Translations under genes and position numbers: made by a program | Notes under the pieces: model-generated | Told to the model about the DNA's origin: nothing | The model's database searches: none | Seen by the model: the letters and a program-made list of their open reading frames with translations, nothing else | Shown: positions 53,098 to 64,000 of the stretch, piece by piece | Layout: every line of letters begins with the position of its first letter | Numbering within the stretch: the stretch's first letter is position 1 | DNA from: an uncultured Planctomycetota bacterium | Lineage (GTDB): Bacteria; Planctomycetota; Planctomycetia; Isosphaerales; Isosphaeraceae | Assembly: GCA_963823665.1 (NCBI GenBank) | Contig: CAWGMQ010000005.1 | Span: 1,056,001 to 1,120,000, forward strand | Reading direction: 5' to 3' | Length of the DNA: 64,000 nucleotides

Positions 53098-54485
53098 TCG
53101 TCGACGACGAGGCCAGCATCTGCTGGGCCTTTCGCGAATCCCTGGGTGACCTCGGCCACAATGTCGAGGTTGCCGCCTCCGCCGAGGAAGGTCTGCAAAT
53201 CGCCTCCCGGAACAACCTCGACGTCGTCGTTCTCGACATCCGTCTGCCCGGAATGGATGGCCTGACCGCGATGCGCACCTTCCGCGAATGCCTCGGGCGC
53301 GTGCCGATCGTCATCATCACCGCATTTGGCGACCTGGAGACCGCCGTCCGGGCCCTCGAGGGGGGCGCATTCGAATACCTCGTCAAGCCGTTCGACCTCG
53401 ATCAGGCAACCTCCGTCGTCAAACGAGCCCTCGAAAAAAAGCAAACGGACCACGACCAGCACCCGGCGCCCGCACGCACCGATTCGGAAGCGCTCATCGG
53501 CTCCTCCCCGGCGATGCAGGAGCTCTTCAAAAACATCGCACTCGTCGCCCCCGCCGGAGTGCCCGTGCTCATCACCGGCGAAAGCGGAACCGGCAAGGAG
53601 CTCGTCGCCCGCGCAATCCACCGCCACAGCGGCCGCCGCGACGGTCCATTCCTCCCCATCTGCCTCGCAGCGCTCAGCCCCAGTCTCGTCGAACGCGAGC
53701 TCTTCGGCCACGTCAAGGGGTCCTTCACCGGCGCCGTCCAGGACCGCAAGGGCCTGCTCGAGCTGGCAAACGGGGGCACCGTCCTGCTCGACGAGATCGG
53801 CGACATCGCCCTCAGCCTCCAGGTGAAGCTGCTCCGCGCCATCGAACACGGTGAAGTCACACCGGTTGGCGACGCCCGCCCGCGGCCTATCGACATCCGC
53901 GTGATCGCCGCCACCAACCAGCCGCTCGGCACCCTCATGACCGCCGGTGCCTTTCGCGAAGACCTGTTCTTTCGCTTGAGCGTCTTTCAGATCCACATTC
54001 CCCCCTTGCGCGAACGCCGCCAAGACATCCCGGCCCTGGCCGACGCATTCCTCAGACAGGCTCGTCTTGCAACCGTGACCAACACGCAAATCACCGACGA
54101 CGTCATGGCCGAGCTCCAGTCGCGGTCCTGGACCGGCAACGTCCGCGAGCTGCGCAACGCCATCGAACACGCGGCAATCATGGCCCGCGGCCAGCCCATC
54201 CGGCTCGAGCACTTTCCCGCCGTGCCGGCAACCCGACAACAACCACCATCATCATCAAGTCAAACCGGCTTCGACGCCGATCTGGCCGCCTGGGTCCGCC
54301 GCGCTTTTCACGATCGATCCCAGAACGGGAACGCGGTCTATGAACAGTTCCTCGAACGAGCCGAACCCCCGCTTCTGCGAGCCGCACTCGAAGAATGCCG
54401 GGGCAACCGCGCCGCAGCCGCCCAGATTCTGGGAATCCACCGGGCAACCCTGAGGCAGAAACTTCGCAAGTACGGGATCGAGTAG
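53082..54485 (+). CDS. Sigma-54-dependent NtrC-family response regulator
   Basis: REC domain, GESGTGKE, GSFTGA, LDEIG, W.GNVREL, Fis-type HTH. Confidence 0.93.
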   Translation: MGRILIVDDEASICWAFRESLGDLGHNVEVAASAEEGLQIASRNNLDVVVLDIRLPGMDGLTAMRTFRECLGRVPIVIITAFGDLETAVRALEGGAFEYLVKPFDLDQATSVVKRALEKKQTDHDQHPAPARTDSEALIGSSPAMQELFKNIALVAPAGVPVLITGESGTGKELVARAIHRHSGRRDGPFLPICLAALSPSLVERELFGHVKGSFTGAVQDRKGLLELANGGTVLLDEIGDIALSLQVKLLRAIEHGEVTPVGDARPRPIDIRVIAATNQPLGTLMTAGAFREDLFFRLSVFQIHIPPLRERRQDIPALADAFLRQARLATVTNTQITDDVMAELQSRSWTGNVRELRNAIEHAAIMARGQPIRLEHFPAVPATRQQPPSSSSQTGFDADLAAWVRRAFHDRSQNGNAVYEQFLERAEPPLLRAALEECRGNRAAAAQILGIHRATLRQKLRKYGIE

Positions 54486-54658
54486 CCGCCGAGCGAGGAA
54501 TGGGCCGTCGAGCGTCCCATTGAGAGTATCCAAGAGCCGACGCATAAGGCACTTATGGCTCGCTCCGCTTGACGTCCGCGAGCCGCGAGCTATAAGATTG
54601 CTCCGATAAACGACTTATCTATGTCCATTCTCAACACTTTCTGGGAGCGGTAGCGGCA

Positions 54659-57600
54659 ATGGAACTGCTGAGCGATATCTGGGACAAGACGACCGACGCA
54701 TTCACGGCCCTGACGGAAGGCGTCTCCGAGGGCCTGGTTCGTCTGTTCGGCAGCTCCAACGAGCGCAGAATCCGTCACATGCGGGCGACGGTGGACCGAA
54801 TCAACGAGCTCGAGCCCGCAATGAAGACGCTCAGTGCCGACGAGCTGCGGGCCAAAACGGCCGAGCTGCGGCAGCGCAGGACCGCCGGCGAGTCGCTCGA
54901 GGAGCTCTTGCCCGAGGCCTTCGCCGCGGCGCGCGAGTCGGGCCGTCGCTATCTCAACATGCGCCACTTCGACGTCCAGTTGATGGGCGGCATGGTCTTG
55001 CACGGCGGCAACATCGCCGAGATGGTCACGGGCGAAGGCAAGACCCTGGTCGCCACCCTGGCGGCTTACCTGAACGCGCTGGACGGCCGCGGCGTGCACG
55101 TCATCACGGTCAACGACTACCTCGCCCGCCGCGACGCTGAATGGATGAGCCCGTTGTTCCATGGTCTCGGGATGACCGTCGGCGCGATCCAGTCTGAGAT
55201 GGATTCCAGCGAGCGCCAGGCGATCTACGGCTGCGACATCACCTACGGAACCAACAACGAGTTCGGCTTCGACTACCTCCGCGACAACATGAAGCCGACC
55301 AAGGAGTATCAATCTCAAGGCGAGCTCAATTACGCCATCATCGACGAGGTCGACAGCATCCTGATCGACGAGGCCCGCACGCCCCTCATCATCTCCGGGC
55401 CTGCGTTCGACGACGTCGCCAAGTACGCCGAAGCCGACCGCATCGCCCGCCAGCTCAAGCGCGACCTCCACTTCGAGGTCAAGGAAAAGGAGCGGACTTG
55501 CCATCTGAACGATGACGGCGTGCGCGAGGCCGAGAAGATCGCCGGGCTCGAAAGCTTCTACACCCCCGGCAACATGGAGTGGCCGCACCTGATCGACAAT
55601 GCCTTGAAGGCCCATCACCTCTACCGGCGCGACCGCGATTACGTCGTCCAGCCCGACGGCGAGGTGGTCATCGTCGACGAGTTCACCGGCCGTTTGATGA
55701 TCGGCCGCCAGTGGTCCGACGGCCTCCATCAGGCCGTCGAAGCCAAGGAAAAAGTCAAGGTCAAGGAAGAGAATCAGACGCTCGCCACGATCACCCTCCA
55801 GAACTTCTTCAAGCTCTACAAGAAGCTCGCCGGCATGACCGGCACGGCCATGACCGAGGCGACCGAGTTTTACAAGGTCTACGAGCTCGACGTCATCGCC
55901 ATCCCCACCAACCAGACCCTCGTGCGGGTCAACTACCCCGACGTGATCTACCGCTACGAGCGCGAGAAGACCGAAGCCATCCTGGACGAGATCCGCGAGG
56001 TGAACGCGACCGGCCGGCCGATCTTGGTCGGCACAACCTCGATCGAAAAGTCGGAAGAGCTCGCCGGGATGCTCAAACGCTACGGCATTCCCCACCAGGT
56101 CTTGAACGCCAAGTATCACGAGCGCGAGGCCGAGATCGTGGCCCAGGCCGGCCGCCGCGGCGCCGTGACCATCGCCACCAACATGGCCGGCCGCGGCACC
56201 GACATCATCCTGGGCGGCAACCCCGAATTCATGGCCTGGGCCGACCTCAAGCGCCAGGCCGATGAAGACGGCCGCCCGCTCTATCAAACCCGCCTCGATG
56301 TCTCGAAGGAAGTGTGGGAAGAAGCGGTCCGCCGCTACGAGCCCGAGATGAAGACCGAAGGCCGCGAAGTCGCCGCCTTGGGCGGCCTGCACATCATCGG
56401 CACCGAGCGCCACGAAAGCCGCCGCATCGATAACCAGCTTCGCGGCCGCGCCGGCCGCCAGGGTGATCCCGGCTCCTCGCGCTTCTTCCTGTCGCTCGAA
56501 GACGACCTGATGCGCAAGTTCGCCGGCGAATGGGTCTCCGCCGTCCTCACCCGCTTGGGAATGCAGGAAGGCGAAGCCATCGAGAGCAAGATGGTCAGCC
56601 GCCGCATCGAAGGCGCCCAGAAGAAAGTCGAGGAGCGCAACTTCGACATCCGCAAGAACCTCCTCGAATACGACGAGGTCATGGACCAGCAGCGCCGGCG
56701 CATCTACTCCTTCCGCCAGAGCCTGCTCGAGGGCGCACCTCCCAAGGAAATGGTCCTCGAAATGATCGACAAGCAGATCGAGGATGCCGCCGGCCGCTTT
56801 CTCGCCGACGACTACGGTGCCGCCACGTTCGCCGAAGTCGCCGGCCAGGCCCTGGGCGTCGAGCTCACCGCGCGCGACGTCAAGGGCGCAAGCTTCGAAG
56901 ACGCCGTCGAGATCGCCAGGTCCAAGGCCGAGCGACAGCTCTCCGACTCCATCCGCCAGGCCATCGAGGAAAACCTCCCCCCCGACGCCGATCGCTCCGA
57001 ATGGACCTGGCAGGCCCTCGTCAACTGGGTCAACAATCGCTTCGGGCTGAAGCTCAACGAAAAAGAGCTCCGGAAAATCGCCATCACCGATGAAGAAGAG
57101 TTCCGCTCCGGCCACGATGACCTCGAGGAATTCCTCACCGAGCGGGCCACCGAGGCAATCGCCGGCATCGACTTGTCCAAAGCGAACGAGTTCCTCCAGC
57201 CCGACTGGGGGCGCCGCACACTCGCCGGCTGGGTCCACCACAAATTCACCCTGGTCGTCGACCCGGCAACCTGGGCTGATCTCGATCGCGGGGAAATCAT
57301 CCGCCGCGTCCGGGCCGCCGCACGCCAGCTCTACGCCCTCAAGGAGGCCGAGCTCCCCTTGCGCATCGCCCTCCGCCGATTCCTCGGCGACCGCTCCCAG
57401 ACTGCGTCCCCGCGCTACGACCGCGACGGCCTCGCCGCCTGGCTGAACGAGCGCTACCAGGCCCACATCGATCCCGAAGAGCTGCGCCCCCTGCTCCGCT
57501 CCCAGATCGAGGCCAGGCTCACCGAGCTCGCACACGAACATTATCAAGGTGAAAACGCCTCGCAGGAGCTCGAAGCAAAACTATCAGCCGCCAGGATCAG

Positions 57601-58285
57601 CCGCTCGCACCCCGACTCCGATTCCACTCCGCCCACACCGGCGGCGCTCGCCGAGATCGCCGACTGGGCCAACCAGTCCCTGGGCCTCTCGACCACCGCC
57701 GAACATCTCGCATCGATGACTTCCGGCGAGATCCGGCACACGCTCTTGAACGCCATCGATGCCCGTTACCGCCCCGAAATGCGCGAGATGGAAAAATCCG
57801 TGCTCCTCGATATCCTCGACTCGAGCTGGATGGAACACCTCCGCACCATGGACCACCTCCGCAGCTCGATCGGCCTCCAGGGCTACGCACAGATCGACCC
57901 CAAGGTCGAATACAAACGTGAGGGCATGCGCATCTTCGGCGACATGTGGGGCGGCATCGGCGATCGCGTCACCGACCTCATCTTCCGCGTCGAACAGTTC
58001 GACCCCCAGGTCCTGGACGACCTCGGCTCGCGCTGGAAGCTCGACCGCGCCCAGACCATCCACCACCAGGCCGAATCACAGCTCTCCGCCCCGGCTGCTT
58101 CCGGAGGCACCCGCCGCCAGCAAGACGCCGCAATCGCCGCCAGCGAGCGCTCCACCGAAAAGAAACGCGAGCCCCTCCGCAACACCAACAAGAAAGTCGG
58201 TCGCAACGACCTATGTCCCTGCGGCTCCGGTAAAAAGTTCAAAGCCTGCTGCATGCGCAAACAATCGATGGCCGACCCGTTTTGA
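54659..58285 (+). CDS. secA: Preprotein translocase subunit SecA
   Basis: [74 protein letters not shown]. Confidence 0.98.
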   Translation: MELLSDIWDKTTDAFTALTEGVSEGLVRLFGSSNERRIRHMRATVDRINELEPAMKTLSADELRAKTAELRQRRTAGESLEELLPEAFAAARESGRRYLNMRHFDVQLMGGMVLHGGNIAEMVTGEGKTLVATLAAYLNALDGRGVHVITVNDYLARRDAEWMSPLFHGLGMTVGAIQSEMDSSERQAIYGCDITYGTNNEFGFDYLRDNMKPTKEYQSQGELNYAIIDEVDSILIDEARTPLIISGPAFDDVAKYAEADRIARQLKRDLHFEVKEKERTCHLNDDGVREAEKIAGLESFYTPGNMEWPHLIDNALKAHHLYRRDRDYVVQPDGEVVIVDEFTGRLMIGRQWSDGLHQAVEAKEKVKVKEENQTLATITLQNFFKLYKKLAGMTGTAMTEATEFYKVYELDVIAIPTNQTLVRVNYPDVIYRYEREKTEAILDEIREVNATGRPILVGTTSIEKSEELAGMLKRYGIPHQVLNAKYHEREAEIVAQAGRRGAVTIATNMAGRGTDIILGGNPEFMAWADLKRQADEDGRPLYQTRLDVSKEVWEEAVRRYEPEMKTEGREVAALGGLHIIGTERHESRRIDNQLRGRAGRQGDPGSSRFFLSLEDDLMRKFAGEWVSAVLTRLGMQEGEAIESKMVSRRIEGAQKKVEERNFDIRKNLLEYDEVMDQQRRRIYSFRQSLLEGAPPKEMVLEMIDKQIEDAAGRFLADDYGAATFAEVAGQALGVELTARDVKGASFEDAVEIARSKAERQLSDSIRQAIEENLPPDADRSEWTWQALVNWVNNRFGLKLNEKELRKIAITDEEEFRSGHDDLEEFLTERATEAIAGIDLSKANEFLQPDWGRRTLAGWVHHKFTLVVDPATWADLDRGEIIRRVRAAARQLYALKEAELPLRIALRRFLGDRSQTASPRYDRDGLAAWLNERYQAHIDPEELRPLLRSQIEARLTELAHEHYQGENASQELEAKLSAARISRSHPDSDSTPPTPAALAEIADWANQSLGLSTTAEHLASMTSGEIRHTLLNAIDARYRPEMREMEKSVLLDILDSSWMEHLRTMDHLRSSIGLQGYAQIDPKVEYKREGMRIFGDMWGGIGDRVTDLIFRVEQFDPQVLDDLGSRWKLDRAQTIHHQAESQLSAPAASGGTRRQQDAAIAASERSTEKKREPLRNTNKKVGRNDLCPCGSGKKFKACCMRKQSMADPF

Positions 58286-58559
58286 TTGATTTCCCCAGTC
58301 TCCTCATTTTGTTTCGACACCCCACCTGCCCCGTTTGGCTTTATCCGTCGCTCAGACGCACTGCGAAGCGGCGGCAATCGCAACCGGCTCGCTCGCAAGA
58401 TCTGCCGAGCAGACCATGACTTAGGGACGGCGAACCGTCGGATTGCTGGCGTCGGCTACACGAGAAATGCAGACGTTCCCCGCGCTCAAGTCCGTCGACC
58501 ATCGGTAATTGTGCGCAAAGCGTGGCGACCCTAATGAGTCCGGGCACGCCAGTTGCTAT

Positions 58560-58699
58560 CAGTGTCGCCCATCGCTCCGCGATGGGTTCCCGATTTGGCA
58601 TCGCGGCGCTGTCCAGACACGCCGATTGCTGTTAGTGTCGCCCATCGCTCCGCGATGGGTTCCCAACAATCCAGTGTCGCCCATCGCTCCGCGATGGGT
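58560..58699. repeat. Three copies of a REP-like hairpin agtgtcgcccatcgc-tcc-gcgatggg
   Basis: Copies near 58560, 58634 and 58673. Confidence 0.85.
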
Positions 58700-58761
58700 C
58701 TTAGAAAATACCTTCCGCTTCTTACGGACGAGAATCGCTTGCGGGAAAGGATTCCCTCGAG

Positions 58762-60075
58762 ATGCCATTCGCGCTCAACTTGATTTACGCCGCGGCTCTG
58801 GTCGTTTTCTCGCCGCTGCTTTTCTACCGATGGCTTCGAGACGGCAAATACCGCGAAGGGTGGGTCGAAAAGCTGCTGGGAAAAGCACCCCTCCGGATCG
58901 GCGATCACCCGTGCTTGTGGTTCCATTCCGTCAGCGTCGGCGAAGTCCTGTTGCTTCGCCCGCTGGTGCAGGAGATGGCCCGCCGCCGGCCGAACTGGCA
59001 GGTCGTGATCTCGACCTCCACCTCGACAGGGCTCGCCGTCGCTCGCCGCGTCTATCCCGACCTCGTCACGTTCTACGCACCCCTCGACTTTAGCTGGGCA
59101 ACCCGGCGCGCCATTGCGCGAGTGCGCCCGACGGTGCTGGCCTTGGTCGAGCTCGAGCTCTGGCCCAATTTGATCCGCGCCGCCAAGCGCTCCGGCTCCA
59201 AGGTCGCGATCATCAATGCCCGCCTCAGCACCAGGAGCTATCGCGGCTACCGGAGCTTGCGCCGGCCGCTGCGGCCGACGCTCGGCAGCATCGACATCGT
59301 TGCGGCCCAGAACGGCGAATACGCCAGGCGCTTCGTCGACCTGGGAATTCCCCGTCACCGCATCAGCGTCACCGGCTCGGTGAAGTACGACGGCCTGGAG
59401 AGCGACCGGAACAACGCGAAGACGCGCGAGCTCCGCCGGCTTCTCGGCCTGGCTTCGACCGACCTGGTCTTTGTGGCCGGCAGCACGATGGAAGGCGAGG
59501 AAGCCGCTGTTTTGCAGGCGTACAACACAGCCCGGCGCCAGCATCGCGGCTTGCGGCTGATCCTCGTTCCCCGCCACGCCGAGCGTTTCGACGACGTGGC
59601 TCGCTGGCTCAGGCAGAACAAGGAAACGGTCGTGAGGCGCAGCGAGTTGACGAGCCCGATCACGCGCACCTGGGGTGGAATCCCTCCGATCACCCTGATC
59701 GACACGATCGGAGAGCTCTCGGCAATCTGGGGCCTGGCCGACGTGGCATTCGTCGGCGGCAGCCTGCACGCCGGCCGCGGCGGCCAGAACATGATGGAGC
59801 CCGCCGCGTATGGTGCATCGGTGATGTTCGGTCCCCACATTGCAAACTTCCGCGAGACGGTCGATCAATTGCTCAAGCACAACGCCGCCCGGCAGGTCGC
59901 CGACGCCGACGAGCTGACGCAGGGTCTTCTGGCCGATCTCGACGACCCCGAGACCGCAGCAGCCCGTGGCGCAGCCGGCCGAGACTTCGTCCTGGCCCAG
60001 CACGGCGCCGCCGGCCGAACCCTCGCCGAGCTCGACCGCCTGGTCGAATCGTCCCTCGCCACAGTATCAGACTAA
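58762..60075 (+). CDS. waaA: 3-deoxy-D-manno-octulosonic acid transferase
   Basis: WFHSVSVGE, PLD, E.ELWPN, NARLS..S, G..KYD, PRH.ERF, GGSL, N.MEP. Confidence 0.94.
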   Translation: MPFALNLIYAAALVVFSPLLFYRWLRDGKYREGWVEKLLGKAPLRIGDHPCLWFHSVSVGEVLLLRPLVQEMARRRPNWQVVISTSTSTGLAVARRVYPDLVTFYAPLDFSWATRRAIARVRPTVLALVELELWPNLIRAAKRSGSKVAIINARLSTRSYRGYRSLRRPLRPTLGSIDIVAAQNGEYARRFVDLGIPRHRISVTGSVKYDGLESDRNNAKTRELRRLLGLASTDLVFVAGSTMEGEEAAVLQAYNTARRQHRGLRLILVPRHAERFDDVARWLRQNKETVVRRSELTSPITRTWGGIPPITLIDTIGELSAIWGLADVAFVGGSLHAGRGGQNMMEPAAYGASVMFGPHIANFRETVDQLLKHNAARQVADADELTQGLLADLDDPETAAARGAAGRDFVLAQHGAAGRTLAELDRLVESSLATVSD

Positions 60076-60317
60076 CGTCGACGTGACGTCGACCGCTGAG
60101 ACCCTCCCGGCGCTCATTCTTCGAGTCTCTGCCCGTGAACGCGCGTGTAACCCCCCCCGAAAGTGCCGTCATGCCGTCAGCTCCTTGCAGCGATTGGAGT
60201 TACGTCAGACGGCACGATTCTGCTCAAAAAGGCCCGATCGAAGCATCTCGAACGGCACACCAGACTTACGCCTGACGGCACCATGACGGCACCCGCCCGT
60301 TTTCGCCCGAGCTGCAG

Positions 60318-60524
60318 GCCCCGAAGGGGCGACATCGTACAGCCTGGTGGCGTGAGCCCCAGGTCGAGCGTCGCGAGCAAACGCCCGCCATTCCCCAAGC
60401 CCCAACGGGGCGACATCGTACAGCCTGGCGGCGTGAGCCCCAGGTCGAGCGTCGCGAGCAAACGCCCGCCATTCCCCAAGCCCCAACGGGGCGACACCGT
60501 ACAGCCTGGTGGCGTGAGCCCCAG
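60318..60524. repeat. 81-bp tandem REP/BIME-like repeat (2.5 units)
   Basis: gcccc.a.ggggcgaca.cgtacagcctgg.ggcgtgagccccagg at 60318, 60399 and 60480. Confidence 0.9.
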
Positions 60525-61761
60525 GACTGGGTGCACCCACCCCAACACGACGCCGTCTCACAGCGCGTGCGTCCCGAATTTCGATCTGCTCGCGTCAGAG
60601 CGCCTGGTTGCCGACGTGACTGTCCGCGGCGGCGCTGCTCCTCTCGTGCGACAGAACTCGCCTGGCACCGATCGCAAGGGATCAATCTCCGCCTGATCGC
60701 CGGACGAACCACGACAAAAAAGTTCGCAAGGCCTACGTCACCCGTCATCTGCGCCATCCCCTTGCGGCGCTTCAACTTAACGGGTGACGCAGGTATAATC
60801 GGAACCCCCCTTGAATCGACATAACTCCAGATTTCTAATTGACTTATACGGTGACGCAGATGGTGACGCAGAGACAGATGATGAACGCGCCGCGCACCCC
60901 CTCGTACGGCAACTTCGCCTTTCGTTCACAATCGAGTTAATCCACGCGCCGGCGCCCTCGGGAGCGCCGACCTTCTCCAGTGGGCGACGATGGAGCCCCT
61001 CGTCTCGACGCTCGGCGTCGCAACGTACTCCCAAAAAACGCTCTTTGTTTCTGCATCGAAAAAAGCCGCCCAAACATAGTGAACAACAGAGTCGCATCGT
61101 TTTGGCAATTTTTGCGGTGGCATTGCCATGAGTTTTCTCGAAGCGCTTGGAAGAGCACTCGCCATGTCCGATCCTGTGATTCAGATTCGACATGCGGAGC
61201 GAACGTCTCCACTCCAGATGACCGCTCGAACGATCGAAAAATGGCAAAAAGTGGCAATATTACGAGGGCCTTCCAGCATCCGTACACCAGTGTAAATTGG
61301 CCGCTTTTGAGCAACGGCAAGTGGTCGTCATCCGTTGGTCGTTGAAGCTCGCACAATACAGTTGGAATCATGGTCACTTCTCAAAAGGAGCGGATATGGA
61401 TGAAAGCGCGGCATCATGCATCCCGAGCAGGTCAGCCCCTTCACCCGTGGCACTATCTGGCACTGGATGGCACTTTTTTCGAGGATTTCCCCGCTGTTCT
61501 CAGGAAAACTGGAGATCGACGAAGAGGCAGGAAAGGAACGCAAAGGGAGCCGCCCATCGCGCCTGCATCGCGCGTCCGCGCACTCTCCCTCACGTGATAA
61601 TATGCGACGAGTTTGCCTGCTCGGCAACAAACGCCTCCAAAAAAAGCGCAATCACTCGACCGACACGGCTGCAACGTCAGGAGCTGCGGCTTTGCGCGAT
61701 TTCTTTGTTAATTGTGAACACGCGGTCATGGGATGGGGTCGTCGAGGGCCTTTCGTGGGTA

Positions 61762-61860
61762 AGAATGATCTACAGTACGGCCATTCCAGTTGCGCAAACG
61801 CAGGAAGAATTCGGCCTTTTTGATCAACCGCGGTCCAGTTGCACCGTTCGTAGGGCAAGG
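61762..61860. repeat. ~100-bp direct repeat, left copy
   Basis: Colinear with 63682-63780; shared core gaattcggcctttttgatca. Confidence 0.85.
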
Positions 61861-62040
61861 CCCGGATAAATAGAGGGGCATATGCCGGCGCCGCCCGCGG
61901 ATGCGGGCTCGGGCGATAGGCAGTCCGCTCGCCAGCGGGGTTCCCTCGTTCTGCCAGCCGCACGCTGACGTCCTCAGGACGAGATCGCGACCCCGTTGCA
62001 GTCTCGAGGTATAATGACACCGAATCCTGAAGGAGGAGCC

Positions 62041-62334
62041 ATGACCACCAAGACCGAAAAACAATACCAACACTTGGAGCCGCGACCCGGCTCGAATTAT
62101 CGGCAGTTGTGGCTCGAGGGTCGACGGATTCGAGCGGCGGTGGTTTACGAAGCCATCCATGGCCCTGATCCCCGCAGCCCGGAAGAATTCGCTCGGGACT
62201 ATCAGGTTCCGCTCCCGGCGGTCCTTGAGGCTCTCGACTACGTGGCCCAAAATCTCCCGCTCATCCAGCAAGAGCGGGACCACGAGGCGGCCAGGCTCCG
62301 GGCACGGGGTCTCCTCGGGCCCGCGCATGAATGA
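62041..62334 (+). CDS. DUF433-like antitoxin
   Basis: RBS aggagg; G.RI, PEE.A.DY..P...V.EAL.Y; ATGA overlap with the PIN gene. Confidence 0.8.
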   Translation: MTTKTEKQYQHLEPRPGSNYRQLWLEGRRIRAAVVYEAIHGPDPRSPEEFARDYQVPLPAVLEALDYVAQNLPLIQQERDHEAARLRARGLLGPAHE

Positions 62335-62567
62335 AGGCGCTGCTCGACGAGAACATGAGCGATCCGCGCTTGGCCGCGCGGCTTCGGGCTCGCGGTCACG
62401 ATCCTATCCTTGCTCCTGACGTCGGATTGCTGTCCGTCTCGGATCCGAGAGTGCTGATCTTTTGTATCGCCGAGAGCATTCCGGTTTTGACTCGCGATGC
62501 CGAGGACTTCGAAGACCTGCATGATCTGATCATGGCTGCGTCGGGCCATCATGCCGGGATTCTCCTC
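62331..62567 (+). pseudogene. DUF5615 PIN-like toxin, 3'-truncated (ORF runs on to 62951)
   Basis: LLDEN, GHD, D..VL, LTRD..DF, HAGIL; the sequence after this is the antisense of another gene. Confidence 0.75.
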
Positions 62568-62876
62568 TGTCATCTCGCAATCGCCCGCCAAGTGGAGGCG
62601 CAATCTCTCCCTCACCGCCTCCGACAGATTGGCGTCCGGCGGCTCGTACCGGTCGCGCTCAATCCGCTCCGCTTCCCGCTCGACAATCTCCTCACGATGC
62701 TTCATACCGTATTCAGTGAACCGATATTCCGTGTCCGAGCCGGGTACTGGCTCCATGATCCCCGCGGCAGCCAGCTCGCGGTAGGCCGGCAACTGGCTTC
62801 CCGGTACTTTGGATCGATATCCCTTGATTTCGAAGCGCAGCACGGCGACGGCGTCGGGCGACAGGGCGACCTGCAT
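62556..62876 (-). pseudogene. Hypothetical protein (PAYRELAAAGIM motif), apparently 3'-truncated
   Basis: RBS aaggagg before ATG 62876; protein-like up to EENP, then reads the toxin antisense. Confidence 0.55.
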
Positions 62877-63229
62877 TGCGACCTCCTTCGGGCGGATTCT
62901 ACCGGAACGCGCCAAGGCGCGGAACGCCAAGCCGTTGCTCTCGTCAAATGACTACAATCCCCGCGTCGTTGGCGTCACAACCTGCTGATTCGAAGCAATT
63001 ACGGGCGCACGAGGTGCCGCCGCAGGCGAATTTGGCCGTACGCTCGCACCGCGGATGTGCCGCTGCAGGCGGAGGTGGGGGCTACCGCACAGCGAAGGCC
63101 GCCCAGCCCAGCGGCGTTTGGCACTGGCGCACCGGAAAGCTGCCGTCGCCGGCGGCGGACGGCCCGCCCTGAGCATGGTCGAAGGGGGCTCGCACACACG
63201 GGGCGGCCGCGCCGACATCCGTCATTCCG

Positions 63230-63482
63230 CCAGTCCTCCGTCCTCCGCCCTCCGTCCTCCGTCCTCCGTCCTCTGCGCTTCCCCCCGCTCGGGTTCGTTC
63301 GCAAATTCCAGCCACGTTGTAAAGTCCCATTTCGTTTTCGTTTTGTGGTTCAATCACAATTCGAACCTCAACTTATGCATTTCCAGCCACGTGAGCCCAG
63401 CTGGGTTCGTTCGCGTGTTTTTCGCCGCCGATCAATTTCGTCTCCGAACCTCGGATTTCGGATTTCGAGTTTCGGATTTCGG
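63230..63482. repeat. Heptamer repeats (ccgtcct)n and (ttcggat)n plus two gggttcgttcgc boxes
   Basis: Visible at 63233-63272, 63291, 63403 and 63450-63482. Confidence 0.75.
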
Positions 63483-63681
63483 CTCTCGCCTTTGCTCCCA
63501 TTTCCGGCGCCACGCCGGCCGGTGGTGTCGTTCGCTGTAGGTCAGGCTTTCAGCTTGACGATCCGTAAGCCAGGCGTTCAGCCCAGCACCAGAACGAGGC
63601 GTTCCTGGAGTACCCGGTAGTTGGCGTCGATCTCCCCCGTTCGCGCCGACCCGCACGCAGGCTCACGCGTTGCTCCTACCT

Positions 63682-63780
63682 AGAATGATCTGCAAACAGG
63701 CCATTCAAGTTGTGCGCGCTCACGAGGAATTCGGCCTTTTTGATCAGCCCCGGTCCAATTGTGCCGTTCGTAGGTGAAGG
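63682..63780. repeat. ~100-bp direct repeat, right copy
   Basis: Colinear with 61762-61860, 1920 bp apart. Confidence 0.85.
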
Positions 63781-64000
63781 TCCATAAGAATGGGCGAACG
63801 AGCGGCGCGTTTCGGCAGCGAGAAAGGGGTTCGCGTAGAGGTGTGGCCGCGGGCACCGGCGCGGTCTCCTCATTCCGTCGCACCGTGCCGGGAGAGCGCC
63901 TGGCTTGCAACCAAGGGGTTGCCGGCTCGATCCCGGTCGATTGATCGCGGAGTGAAAGCGCGTGAACCATCCGGACCGCCCCTGTGCCTAATAACATGAA

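Noticed and set aside
54590..57547. 985-aa minus-strand ORF
   Set aside because: Antisense shadow of secA
58560..58699. Mini-CRISPR from three ~30-bp palindromic repeats
   Set aside because: Spacing is irregular (74 and 39 bp) and the hairpin is REP-like
60318..60524. CRISPR array or coding repeat (ORF 60163-60696)
   Set aside because: The two spacers are identical; the ORFs are translations of a REP tandem
61446..61478. Sigma-54 promoter from repeated tggcac
   Set aside because: No TTGC at the -12 spacing; looks like a short tandem repeat

Overview
GC-rich bacterial DNA that looks planctomycetal (Isosphaeraceae-like). Supporting signs are an LEPRxLL-type secreted protein, a PVC-type CxxCH heme protein, an ECF sigma factor with a long C-terminal extension, a long SecA and many REP-like palindromes. 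1-11.7 kb is an accessory/defence region: three allelic copies of one gene tail interleaved with a YhcG remnant and a UPF0175/DUF3368 toxin-antitoxin pair, then a PLD-helicase-DUF3427 gene, a Z1 remnant with DUF4420, a ParB-like plus PD-(D/E)XK-like pair, a DUF2075 remnant and a ~150-bp tandem array. 12.9-24 kb holds signalling genes: kinase-WD40-PDZ-pseudocaspase, BlaI/BlaR1 and an ECF-adaptor fusion. 25-40 kb is sugar-nucleotide and envelope housekeeping. 40-51.6 kb is the most unusual block: four paralogous secreted proteins with an almost invariant Met/Cys motif held between (GGM)n linkers alternate with three small signal-peptide proteins ending in -RC, and an animal-type protein-arginine deiminase is transcribed divergently. 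A two-component pair, secA and waaA follow, then a TA module between ~100-bp direct repeats. Several single-base frameshifts sit in short homopolymers and may be sequencing errors. All family names come from motif recognition, not database searches.
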